From: Flavobacteriales bacterium
Lineage (GTDB): Bacteria; Bacteroidota; Bacteroidia; DT-38
Assembly: GCA_013214205.1 (NCBI GenBank)
Contig: JABSPQ010000435.1
Coordinates: 9,943-73,942 of the forward strand
Direction: 5' to 3'
Length of the DNA: 64,000 nt
Shown here: piece after piece, positions 29,534-38,728 of the stretch
Position numbering within the stretch: position 1 is the first letter of the stretch
Layout: every line of letters begins with the position of its first letter
Notes under the pieces: generated by a model
Told to the model about the DNA's origin: nothing
The model's input: only the letters and a program-made list of their open reading frames with translations
Database searches by the model: none
Program-made: the position numbers and the translations under genes

Positions 29534-30229
29534 ATGATGAATCAGGAGAAAATAGCCAAGCACAAGGCTTATTGGGAAGAAAACATTGCTCGTTTTTCTG
29601 GCTTCTACGATGAAATTTCTCAAGAAGAACTCAAAGGAATAGGCCTATTAGCACCGCTTTATAAGAAATTTATTTTCCCGCTGGAGAAAGAACAGATGAC
29701 AAAACGAAATCTGTTTATTCTCGAGTACATCGATAAAAATGTTTCGGCTGGCATGTTGGTGGCCGACATTGGCTGTGGTTCTGGCCTTTACACAAAAACT
29801 CTTTTACAAAAAGGCGCCAAGGTAATAGCTACCGATTTTGCGCAAGCGGCATTAGATTTAACCAAGGCGAAACTGAACGAAGAAGAACTAAATAGATGTC
29901 AATTAATTCTACAAGAAATTGGCTCCGCTCCTATTCCAAAGGTTGATTTGGTGCTTTGCATTGGAGTTTTACCATACATCGATAACTTTAATATTGTCGT
30001 AAAAAACTTAATGCCACAAACCAATAAGTTACTCTTCAATTATCTTAAAAGCGATAATGTATTTAATATAGTTCGAAGTGTTTTTAGTTTTTTAAACGTG
30101 AGGAACTATTCTTTTTTCAATTCAAATTTCATAAAGAAAACGATTGAAGAAAACGGATTCAACATTGTGCAAAAACTCGAGTTAGGCACAGGAGAAATGC
30201 TTTCAACAGAACGAATTAAAAACGACTGA
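29534..30229 (+). CDS. Class I SAM-dependent methyltransferase
   Basis: Motif I is LVADIGCGSGLYT and motif II is KVDLVLCIGVLPY. Confidence 0.75.
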   Translation: MMNQEKIAKHKAYWEENIARFSGFYDEISQEELKGIGLLAPLYKKFIFPLEKEQMTKRNLFILEYIDKNVSAGMLVADIGCGSGLYTKTLLQKGAKVIATDFAQAALDLTKAKLNEEELNRCQLILQEIGSAPIPKVDLVLCIGVLPYIDNFNIVVKNLMPQTNKLLFNYLKSDNVFNIVRSVFSFLNVRNYSFFNSNFIKKTIEENGFNIVQKLELGTGEMLSTERIKND

Positions 30230-30252
30230 CTTATTTCTTTAGTTTTATAAGC

Positions 30253-31551
30253 ATGAAAAAAGCAATTGTTTTTTCTCTAATTCTACTTACAATTCTATTG
30301 GTTGTTGTGTGGATTTCTTTGCCCAAGGGTTCGTCGCATAGAGATACCATTACTTACAACATGAACAGAAACCCTGTTCTTTCAAACCTCCTGTCGGGGG
30401 TTGCCAGAATGATGGCTGAAGACTTAGATGAAAATAACTTGGCCGGCGTTTTTCATTTAGAAATTAACGACAAAGGCATGAAAACCCTCCAAAAATGCAG
30501 GGAGAAAGCAATTGAACGAGGAATTTTAACAGACGATAACCAGCCTTATGTAAAAGCCAAACTTACGCTAAACAACACTGAGTATAAGGTAAAGGTTAAG
30601 CTTAAAGGAATGATGAACAGCCATTGGAGCCGACCTATTAAATGGTCTTTTCGGATTGTTTTAAAAGACTCCACGCAATCAATAAATGGTATGCGCGTTT
30701 TTTCAATTCAGTTGAGTGCGCAAAGAGGCTTTTATGTTGATTATTACTACGGTGCTTTGCTTAATTCCGCTGATGTTTTAAACCTCCAATACGATTTCAT
30801 CAAATTTGGCTTAAACGGAAAAGTATTTCCCCGTTACTGCGTTGAAGAGTTTTTTGATTCACCTCTTCTAGTTAGGCAAAACCGCCCGCCTGGGCCTATC
30901 GTTAAATTTGTGTACGATGAATACTGGGAAAGCGTGGATTGGAAAAATCAAGATCAAGTAGTTATAGACGCTGCTTATCAGAAAAACTATCACTCTGCTC
31001 CTCTTAAAAGCTACAATTTCAAAACTGATAAATACAAAGATTGGAATACAGATTCTAAAATCGCGATTAACAAATTAGATTCGTTTAGACGTGGAGAATT
31101 AACCGCAATCGAAGTTTTCGACTTAAATAAAATGGGTAAATTTTTTGCCATCAACACCATTATGGGCAATCAACACCCTGCATTGTTAACCAACTTCCGA
31201 TTTTATTTTAACCCTCAAAATCAACTATTAGAACCTATCGGGTACGATATGGGAAGAATGAACTTATTAAAAAATGCAAAATCAGGAGACGAGAATCACT
31301 GGCCGCACGATTCGAATAATGGCCTTTACCTATTTTCTGAACAATTGTTCTCCGGCTCAACTATGAGAACGAGTTACCTCAATCAACTAGATTTACTAGC
31401 CAACCACGAAAAAATCAATGCCATTTTAAAACCTTACCACGAAGAATATCTAAAAACCAAGGCGCTGTACAACATCACATGCCCTGATAATTATTATATG
31501 ATAGACGAAAATATTGATGAAATCAGGTCAAAATTATCGAGCTATAATTAA
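30253..31551 (+). CDS. Hypothetical membrane-anchored protein, possibly CotH kinase-like
   Basis: It has an N-terminal TM. The segment KVKLKGMMNSHWSRPIKWSFRIVL loosely matches the CotH K-x-RG-x-SS...KKSYKI block. This is a weak call. Confidence 0.3.
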   Translation: MKKAIVFSLILLTILLVVVWISLPKGSSHRDTITYNMNRNPVLSNLLSGVARMMAEDLDENNLAGVFHLEINDKGMKTLQKCREKAIERGILTDDNQPYVKAKLTLNNTEYKVKVKLKGMMNSHWSRPIKWSFRIVLKDSTQSINGMRVFSIQLSAQRGFYVDYYYGALLNSADVLNLQYDFIKFGLNGKVFPRYCVEEFFDSPLLVRQNRPPGPIVKFVYDEYWESVDWKNQDQVVIDAAYQKNYHSAPLKSYNFKTDKYKDWNTDSKIAINKLDSFRRGELTAIEVFDLNKMGKFFAINTIMGNQHPALLTNFRFYFNPQNQLLEPIGYDMGRMNLLKNAKSGDENHWPHDSNNGLYLFSEQLFSGSTMRTSYLNQLDLLANHEKINAILKPYHEEYLKTKALYNITCPDNYYMIDENIDEIRSKLSSYN

Positions 31552-31562
31552 CTTGTGGTTGA

Positions 31563-33119
31563 ATGGATAGGAAACAATTAATTTACATTTTCATAGCATC
31601 GCTGCTGATCTCCATATCGGCAAACGAATTTAACCTAGCTCATATTCGTTCTGTCAACCCTACCAACAATACATCCAACACAACAAGTTTGGTGCACGAG
31701 AGCACCATTTGGTCGAACGATAATTCTTTTTACCTGCCACAAATGCAAAACCTAATGGACGGCAAAGGATTTACTAGCGACCCGAGCGAGCCTGAAATGA
31801 TGGTAAGGCGAACACCTGGATACCCACTATTTTACGGTGCATTTTATTTTGTTTTCGGAGAAAAAACAGCGCATTACCTCATCCCATACGGGCAAACCTT
31901 ACTGTTTGCACTCTCGTCCGTTTTACTAGCCATGTCGGTATTTTACCTTTTTAAAAATAAAAAATGGGCAATAATAACGGGATACACATATGCCATCAAC
32001 CCATTTATTTATTCCTACTGCTACTTCACAATAACAGAAAGCCTCTTCCCTTTTTTAGTTGTACTATCATTGTTTTTTTTCGCACGATTTGTACGAGAGC
32101 AAAAAAAATCAGACATCATTTTATGTGGAATTATTTGTGCATTAAGCTTTTTAACCAGAGCTACATCTGGCGTAATTATTCTCGGAATTGGCGCCTACCT
32201 GCTCTTTTACAACCAAGGTTTAGCAAACAACTTTAAACAAAAATCTAAAACCATTGTTGTGTACGCATTGAGTTTTGTCCTAACTATTTCACCTTGGGTA
32301 ATTAGAAACTACGCCATTACAAATGAGCTAATTATTGCAGAAAAATTCTATCACGAAGCGCCCATGCAATATGGTAAAGGCGCAATTGAATTACGTTTTT
32401 TAACTGGCTGCTGGACCAACCCAGCGAACGTGCCACCAGAAAACTTATTTCATAAATTAGAACCCAATATTATTAATAATGAGCCCGAAAAAAACATTGA
32501 AATATTAGATGCATATTTGGCAGAATGGCCAGAGTCAGCCTATTCTGGCTATACTAAAAGCCAACTAAAAAACGCACTAATATCAATGAACAATTGTTTC
32601 GTCGATAAAAACGCCTACAATGTAAATCACCCCTCCGCAATACGAAAAGACAAAATGACCCTGCCATGCGAAATGAAAGTTTTTAATGAGTTTAATGCCT
32701 TAAAGAATTCATACATAAATAATTCACCCATCCGATATTACGTCTTAACTCCCCTTATTACCTGCAAAGAAGTAATCTTTAATAGTGTGCTGCACAATAT
32801 AGCTGCCTTTAATCCAGCAGATAGAAACTTGAGTCCTTTTCAATTCATTGCAAAATCTATAACCTACATCCTCAATTCGCTCTTCTACCTTAGCCTCCTC
32901 TATTTTGTAGTATTTTCTAAATTGGGTAAGGCGAGTAAACTTTTATTGCTTACACCCGTGGTTGTGCTAATGGCGGCCTTAACCCTCCTATTATTTAGGT
33001 ACGTGGAGCTGAGATACTTGCTGCCCATTTATCCTTTTCTAATAATAAGTTTTAGCTTTATGGTTACAGACACTTACGATAAGGTGCTGTTGAAGGTAAC
33101 ATCGAACGTGTCAAAATGA
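31563..33119 (+). CDS. Polytopic membrane protein, a candidate GT-C glycosyltransferase of the ArnT/PMT_2 (GT83/GT39-like) family
   Basis: It has ~12 predicted TM helices. The first-loop region VHESTIW...MQNLMDGKGF...RRTPGYPLFYGAFYF parallels the ArnT DE...M..GDW...KPPLFYW signature, with D to H. It is adjacent to an ArnC-like GT2. Confidence 0.45.
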   Translation: MDRKQLIYIFIASLLISISANEFNLAHIRSVNPTNNTSNTTSLVHESTIWSNDNSFYLPQMQNLMDGKGFTSDPSEPEMMVRRTPGYPLFYGAFYFVFGEKTAHYLIPYGQTLLFALSSVLLAMSVFYLFKNKKWAIITGYTYAINPFIYSYCYFTITESLFPFLVVLSLFFFARFVREQKKSDIILCGIICALSFLTRATSGVIILGIGAYLLFYNQGLANNFKQKSKTIVVYALSFVLTISPWVIRNYAITNELIIAEKFYHEAPMQYGKGAIELRFLTGCWTNPANVPPENLFHKLEPNIINNEPEKNIEILDAYLAEWPESAYSGYTKSQLKNALISMNNCFVDKNAYNVNHPSAIRKDKMTLPCEMKVFNEFNALKNSYINNSPIRYYVLTPLITCKEVIFNSVLHNIAAFNPADRNLSPFQFIAKSITYILNSLFYLSLLYFVVFSKLGKASKLLLLTPVVVLMAALTLLLFRYVELRYLLPIYPFLIISFSFMVTDTYDKVLLKVTSNVSK

Positions 33120-33245
33120 TTGCCTCCTATAAGTATTAACTAAAAGTTTGTTTATTTAAGTAGTAACTATTCCTAGCTTTATAGAATACAAAAAGGGAAA
33201 CCCGATTGAAACAACTAAACAAATACAGAACTCTATAACATCTAA

Positions 33246-34172
33246 ATGAAGATATCGGTAGTTAGCCCAGTATATTTAGGAGAAAAATTAGTTCAAGAAC
33301 TTGTTCAACGAATTACCACTTCTGTTTCGAGCCTCACAAACGACTTCGAAATCATTTTGGTTGAAGATGGTAGCAAGGATAATTCGTGGGATGAAATTCA
33401 AGCTGCCTGCCAGCAAAACGCCAAAGTAAAAGGCGTAAAATTGAGTCGTAATTTCGGACAACATTATGCCATTACAGCAGGTTTATCGTTAGCCAAAGGG
33501 GATTGGATTGTAGTATTAGACTGCGATTTGCAAGATCAGCCCGAAGAAATTCCGCGCTTGTTTAAAAAGGCCGAAGAGGGATTCGATATTGTATTTGCCA
33601 GACGTGTAAACAGACAAGATGGCTTTTTAAAGAAATTATCATCCAAGCTTTTTTACAGCCTTTTCGGTTATTTAACCGACAGCGAACAAGACGAAACAAT
33701 TGCCAATTTTGGAATTTATCATCAAAAAGTAATAACAGCAATTCTTTCGATGAAAGATCACGTACGTTACTTTCCCACAATGGTGCAATGGGTTGGTTTT
33801 TCGAAAACAAAAATTGATGTAGAACATAGCAACAGCCCCGATAACGAATCATCTTACTCTTGGGGATCTCTTATAACGTTAGCGGTAAACAACATTATAG
33901 CTTTTTCCGACAAACCTTTAAGACTCACAATGCAACTGGGTTTTAGCATTTCTTTTATTGCATTTCTAACAGGTCTATACTATTTATACCTTTATGCAAT
34001 GGGCAAAATAGTTGTGCTTGGATTCGCAAGTTTGGTTATTTCTATCTGGTTCCTTGCGGGTTTAATTATTTTTATTTTGGGGATTATGGGTATTTACATC
34101 GGCAAAACTTTCGACAGAGTTAAAGACCGCCCGACCTTTATTATCGACCAAAAAATTAATCTAGATGAGTAG
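33246..34172 (+). CDS. GT2 polyprenyl-phosphate sugar transferase (ArnC/GtrB/CsbB-like)
   Basis: The GT-A core is VVSPVYLGEK...VEDGSKDNS...VLDCDLQD. Two C-terminal TM helices are typical of Und-P-sugar synthases. Confidence 0.75.
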   Translation: MKISVVSPVYLGEKLVQELVQRITTSVSSLTNDFEIILVEDGSKDNSWDEIQAACQQNAKVKGVKLSRNFGQHYAITAGLSLAKGDWIVVLDCDLQDQPEEIPRLFKKAEEGFDIVFARRVNRQDGFLKKLSSKLFYSLFGYLTDSEQDETIANFGIYHQKVITAILSMKDHVRYFPTMVQWVGFSKTKIDVEHSNSPDNESSYSWGSLITLAVNNIIAFSDKPLRLTMQLGFSISFIAFLTGLYYLYLYAMGKIVVLGFASLVISIWFLAGLIIFILGIMGIYIGKTFDRVKDRPTFIIDQKINLDE

Positions 34173-35049
34173 TATCACTTTATTTTTAATGTCGGAAAAA
34201 GGGTTTATCGTTTTGCATGAACTGATAAAAGTGGGACATTCAAATATGATTGATCAGATTGTACTTGGGAGAGATAAAAATGTACAAAACGACTTTTCCG
34301 ATCAAATAATTTCAGCAGCTACAACTAACGGAATAAAGTTATCAGAAAGAAAATCAGCACCAAACATCACTTCCCAATACGCCATTGCAATTTCTTGGAG
34401 ATGGATGATAAAAACCGACAGCAATACTAAATTAATTGTTGTACACGATTCGCTGCTCCCAAAATACAGAGGTTTTGCTCCAACAGTAAATCAACTAATT
34501 AACCACGAACCTATAATAGGCGCTACGCTCCTTTTTGCAAGTGAAGAATATGATAGAGGTGATATCATTTCGCAAGAATCTATAGATATTACATACCCAA
34601 TCAAAATTAACGATGCCATTCAAAAAATTGGAGACATGTATTCCCAATTGATTAATGAACTGTTCCAAAACATCGAATCGAACCAACACATTGAAGCAAC
34701 TCCGCAAAACGAGCAGGAGGCTTCCTATTCTTTATGGAGAGACAATGAAGACCTCAACATCATATGGAATCAGAATGCCGACGACATAATTCGCTTTATC
34801 GATGCTGTGGGATTCCCTTATCTAGGAGCATCTACTCGAATTGGTGATAGAACTATTAGAATCCAAAACGCAGAGTTAGTCGATGACGTTGAAATTATGA
34901 ATAGAGATTGTGGCAAAGTGATCTTCTCCAAAGATGGTTGTCCCGTAGTTGTTTGTGCAAAAGGACTTTTAAAAATCACCAATGCCACTTACGACGATAA
35001 CAACGAATCAGTACTTCCACTAGAAAAATTTAGAATCCGCTTTTCATGA
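34165..35049 (+). CDS. Formyltransferase (Fmt/ArnA-N-domain/sugar N-formyltransferase family)
   Basis: The catalytic motif is VVHDSLLPKYRGFAP (consensus HxSLLPxxRG). It has a C-terminal Fmt-like domain and overlaps the upstream GT2 by 8 nt. Confidence 0.72.
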   Translation: MSSITLFLMSEKGFIVLHELIKVGHSNMIDQIVLGRDKNVQNDFSDQIISAATTNGIKLSERKSAPNITSQYAIAISWRWMIKTDSNTKLIVVHDSLLPKYRGFAPTVNQLINHEPIIGATLLFASEEYDRGDIISQESIDITYPIKINDAIQKIGDMYSQLINELFQNIESNQHIEATPQNEQEASYSLWRDNEDLNIIWNQNADDIIRFIDAVGFPYLGASTRIGDRTIRIQNAELVDDVEIMNRDCGKVIFSKDGCPVVVCAKGLLKITNATYDDNNESVLPLEKFRIRFS

Positions 35050-36173
35050 GAATTCCTTTTAACAAGCCTTTTCTTACTGGGAACGAAACCAAATACATAG
35101 AACAGGCGGTTCAATCTGGCAAAATTTCGGGCAATGGTGATTTCACAAAAAAGTGTCATAAGTTTTTTGAAGAGAAGTATGGCTTTAGAAAATGTTTGTT
35201 AACGACTTCCTGTACCGATGCGCTCGAAATGACTTCGATATTAATAAACATTGAGCCAAACGACGAAGTAATTATTCCTTCGTACACATTTGTTTCGTCG
35301 GCGAATGCCTTTGTGTTAAAAGGAGCCAAAATTGTTTTTGCCGATAGCTATGCAGATAACCCCAACATTGATCCTTCTAAAATAGAGGCATTAATTACGC
35401 CTAAAACCAAGGCCATCGTTGTGGTTCATTATGCTGGCATTGCTTGCGACATGGACTTAATTATGGATATTGCCAATAGGCACAACCTGTTTGTGATAGA
35501 AGATGCAGCACAGGCTATTGATTCCTATTACAAAGGCAAGCCACTTGGAGGCATTGGGCATTTTGGAACTTTCTCGTTTCACGAAACAAAAAACATCATC
35601 AGTGGCGAAGGTGGTATGCTGGTTATTAACGATGAAGCTTTTGTTGAGCGTGCCGAAATAATTTGGGAAAAAGGAACCAACCGTGCGGCATTTTTCAGAG
35701 GAGAAATAGATAAGTATGGCTGGATAGATATTGGTTCTTCATTTCTGCCTTCGGAAGTGATATCGGCATTTCTTTTTGCACAGCTAGAAAGCTTGGATAA
35801 AATTCAATCCATCAGGAAAAAGCTTTGGAGAAATTATCACGATGCTTTTTCAAGCCTACCAAATCGGTCGAAAATCAAATTACCGCAAACACCTGATTAC
35901 GCTAGCAATAACGCTCATCTGTTTTATTTAACGTGTGCCGATATTAAAGAACGAACAGAAATAATAAACGCTTTAAAAGCAGTAGATGTTCTGGCTGTAT
36001 TCCACTATTTGCCTTTACACCAAAGTGTATTTTACGCTCACAAACACGACGGTAGAGTGCTAGAGAATTGCGATCATTTTGCTGATTCACTTCTTCGATT
36101 ACCTCTTTACTTCGATCTAAATGAAGACGATCAACAAGTGGTAATCAATACGATAAAAAGCGTATTGATATAA
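35046..36173 (+). CDS. DegT/DnrJ/EryC1/StrS aminotransferase, strongly WecE/RffA-like (dTDP-4-keto-6-deoxy-D-glucose 4-aminotransferase)
   Basis: Long collinear similarity to E. coli WecE as recalled from memory (IPFN.P...G.E..YI..A...GK.SG.G.FT..C...LE..FG..K.LLT.SCT.ALEM..., PSYTFVS.ANAFVL.GAKIVF.D, HETKN...GEGG...IND, IIREKGTNR..FFRG..DKY.W.DIGSSYL). Confidence 0.8.
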   Translation: MRIPFNKPFLTGNETKYIEQAVQSGKISGNGDFTKKCHKFFEEKYGFRKCLLTTSCTDALEMTSILINIEPNDEVIIPSYTFVSSANAFVLKGAKIVFADSYADNPNIDPSKIEALITPKTKAIVVVHYAGIACDMDLIMDIANRHNLFVIEDAAQAIDSYYKGKPLGGIGHFGTFSFHETKNIISGEGGMLVINDEAFVERAEIIWEKGTNRAAFFRGEIDKYGWIDIGSSFLPSEVISAFLFAQLESLDKIQSIRKKLWRNYHDAFSSLPNRSKIKLPQTPDYASNNAHLFYLTCADIKERTEIINALKAVDVLAVFHYLPLHQSVFYAHKHDGRVLENCDHFADSLLRLPLYFDLNEDDQQVVINTIKSVLI

Positions 36174-36182
36174 TAACAAAAT

Positions 36183-37316
36183 ATGAAAAAGGTATTTTTT
36201 GAAAATCTCGATGGATTAAGGTTTATCGCTTTCCTAGGGATCTTCCTTCACCACGGTATTTTCACTTTTAATACGGAAGTAAAAAACTCATCCATATTTT
36301 ACATCATCGAAATCACTACGAGTCCTGCAGGTTTAGGCGTTCCATTCTTCTTTTGTTTAAGCGGATTTTTAATCACCTACTTATTACTTGCAGAAAGAGA
36401 AACACACAATAAAATTAACATCGGCAAATTTTACATGAGGCGTTTATTACGAATTTGGCCGCTCTTTTATGCCGTTGTAATTTTCGGTTTTTTCGTTTTT
36501 CCTATCATAAGAAGCTTTGTCATTACCGAACCATACGTTGAAACAGCAACCCTTTGGAAATACCTGCTTTTTCTAAGTAACTTCGATCAAATCAGCAACG
36601 GACTCCCATATGGGTCTGGCCTTGGAGTAACTTGGTCGCTTGCTGTTGAAGAACAGTTTTACCTCATTTGGCCCCTCCTATTAACCATTGTAAAACCCAA
36701 ATATTATACCCCTTTGTGCCTTACCATATGGGCAGCTTCTCACATATCTATGGAGTTCTTCGACCTTAAATACAACCACACTTTCGGCAGTATGTCAGAT
36801 CTTTCTTTTGGAGGTTTTTTAGCCACCATGAGCTTCAATAAATACAGTTTATATTATAAACTAAAAGCGCTTAAAAAGCCTGTTATATTTGTTATTTACA
36901 TCCTTGGCCTATCCAACATCTACATGTGTACTGTCTGGGGAACTGGGCATTTGGTATTCGTTTCTTTGTTTATGGCCTTTGTAATTTTCGAACAATGTTT
37001 CTGCGATAATTCGGTGATTAAAATGGGCAAATTCAAAACCCTCAGCTACATTGGCACCCTAACCTATGGCCTTTACTTGTTGCACACTATCTCAAATTTT
37101 ATCGTACACAACCTTATCAAGTTAACTGGCCTACCTGAAAACAATCCATTTTTAGTCGACCTAATGATACAGCCAGCAATTTCTTTTGGGTTAACCATGT
37201 TACTTGGCTATCTTTCATTTAATTATTTTGAAAGACCATTTTTGAAGTTGAAATCAAAATTTGCATTGATTAACACAGCTTCCAATAAAACCGAGAATAA
37301 TCAACTACAGAACTAA
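36183..37316 (+). CDS. Acyltransferase family 3 (AT3/OatA-like) membrane O-acyltransferase
   Basis: It contains LDGLRFIAFLGIFLHH, RIWPLFYAVV and SLAVEEQFYLIWPLL and is polytopic. Confidence 0.85.
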   Translation: MKKVFFENLDGLRFIAFLGIFLHHGIFTFNTEVKNSSIFYIIEITTSPAGLGVPFFFCLSGFLITYLLLAERETHNKINIGKFYMRRLLRIWPLFYAVVIFGFFVFPIIRSFVITEPYVETATLWKYLLFLSNFDQISNGLPYGSGLGVTWSLAVEEQFYLIWPLLLTIVKPKYYTPLCLTIWAASHISMEFFDLKYNHTFGSMSDLSFGGFLATMSFNKYSLYYKLKALKKPVIFVIYILGLSNIYMCTVWGTGHLVFVSLFMAFVIFEQCFCDNSVIKMGKFKTLSYIGTLTYGLYLLHTISNFIVHNLIKLTGLPENNPFLVDLMIQPAISFGLTMLLGYLSFNYFERPFLKLKSKFALINTASNKTENNQLQN

Positions 37317-38723
37317 ATGCTTTTTAATTCTATAGATTTTTTAATATTTTTCTGTGTTGTTGCCCTCCTGTATTTCGCATCAAAGCCAAAGCACCGTTGG
37401 ATTCTTTTACTAGCATGTAGTTATTTCTTTTACATGTATTGGAAATGGGAATACATCATTCTCATTATTTTTTCTACTGGTATCGACTACATGGTCGGGC
37501 TAAAAATGTCGGAGCTAGAAACAAAAAAAGAGAGGCTCCCCTACTTACTTGTCAGCCTTTTTTCCAACCTTGGTTTGCTCGTTATTTTCAAATACCTCGA
37601 CTTACTCACCTTTACTTTCAACGAATTAGCCGACACATCTATTCCGCTGGCCGATCTTATTTTACCAATGGGAATTTCCTTCTATACTTTTCAAACACTT
37701 TCCTATTCTATTGAAATTTACCAAGGAAAAATTAAGTGCGAACGCCATCTTGGCAAGTTTGCCCTCTATGTATCCTTCTTTCCTCAATTGGTTGCAGGCC
37801 CTATAGAGCGTGCCAGTAGCCTATTACCACAGTTGAAAGAAAACAAGAATAAATTTCAATACAACAATTTTGTAAACGGATTAACCCAAGTGATTATCGG
37901 CTTTTTTAAAAAGGTGGTTGTAGCAGATACTATTGCTATTTATGTGGATACCATTTACATTACACACGACTCACAAACTGGCTTTACACTACTATTTGCC
38001 ACCTATTTATTCGCTATTCAAATTTATTGCGACTTCTCGGGTTACACGGATATTGCAATTGGCTGTGCAAGAATTTTAGGCTACGATTTGATGGAGAATT
38101 TCAAACAGCCCTACTTTTCTAAATCCATTACCGAGTTTTGGAGGCGTTGGCATATTTCGCTTTCTACATGGCTAAGAGACTACCTCTACATACCGCTAGG
38201 CGGTAATAAAGGTGGTAAAACAAGTATGTACCGCAACTTAATAATCACCATGTTATTAGGCGGTTTGTGGCATGGAGCAGCATGGAATTATTTAATTTGG
38301 GGCTTGCTAAACGGTGTTTACTTAGCAATTGAAAAGAAGCTTAAGTACCACTCATTCATAGAAAAACAGTCGATGTTGATTAAGGGATTGAGCACCGTTT
38401 TAGTCTTTCATTTAATCTGTTTTACATGGGTTTTCTTTAGAGCCGAAACATTTGATAAAGCCATCAGCATCATCGATAAAATTTTCACAGTCGAATACTT
38501 TTTTAATCTAGAAATAAGAGATACCAGTGTTTTTGCGACTATTGTAATATCCACAGCCCTGTTCTTTTTGCTTGAAGTTTTTGTCTTTAAAAAACTCAAT
38601 CTTAGAGATCCTAATCCAGAGCAGAACCGCGTAAAGTTAATTGCGCTCAAGGTAGTTTTATCCCTCTTTATTCTGATTTTCGGAATCTCCGAGGGCAGTC
38701 AGTTTATATATTTCCAATTCTAA
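37317..38723 (+). CDS. MBOAT-family membrane O-acyltransferase (AlgI/DltB/PatA-like)
   Basis: It is polytopic. The conserved MBOAT histidine region is WRRWHISLSTWLRDYLYIPLGG...GGLWHGAAWNY. Confidence 0.85.
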   Translation: MLFNSIDFLIFFCVVALLYFASKPKHRWILLLACSYFFYMYWKWEYIILIIFSTGIDYMVGLKMSELETKKERLPYLLVSLFSNLGLLVIFKYLDLLTFTFNELADTSIPLADLILPMGISFYTFQTLSYSIEIYQGKIKCERHLGKFALYVSFFPQLVAGPIERASSLLPQLKENKNKFQYNNFVNGLTQVIIGFFKKVVVADTIAIYVDTIYITHDSQTGFTLLFATYLFAIQIYCDFSGYTDIAIGCARILGYDLMENFKQPYFSKSITEFWRRWHISLSTWLRDYLYIPLGGNKGGKTSMYRNLIITMLLGGLWHGAAWNYLIWGLLNGVYLAIEKKLKYHSFIEKQSMLIKGLSTVLVFHLICFTWVFFRAETFDKAISIIDKIFTVEYFFNLEIRDTSVFATIVISTALFFLLEVFVFKKLNLRDPNPEQNRVKLIALKVVLSLFILIFGISEGSQFIYFQF

Positions 38724-38728
38724 CGGCA

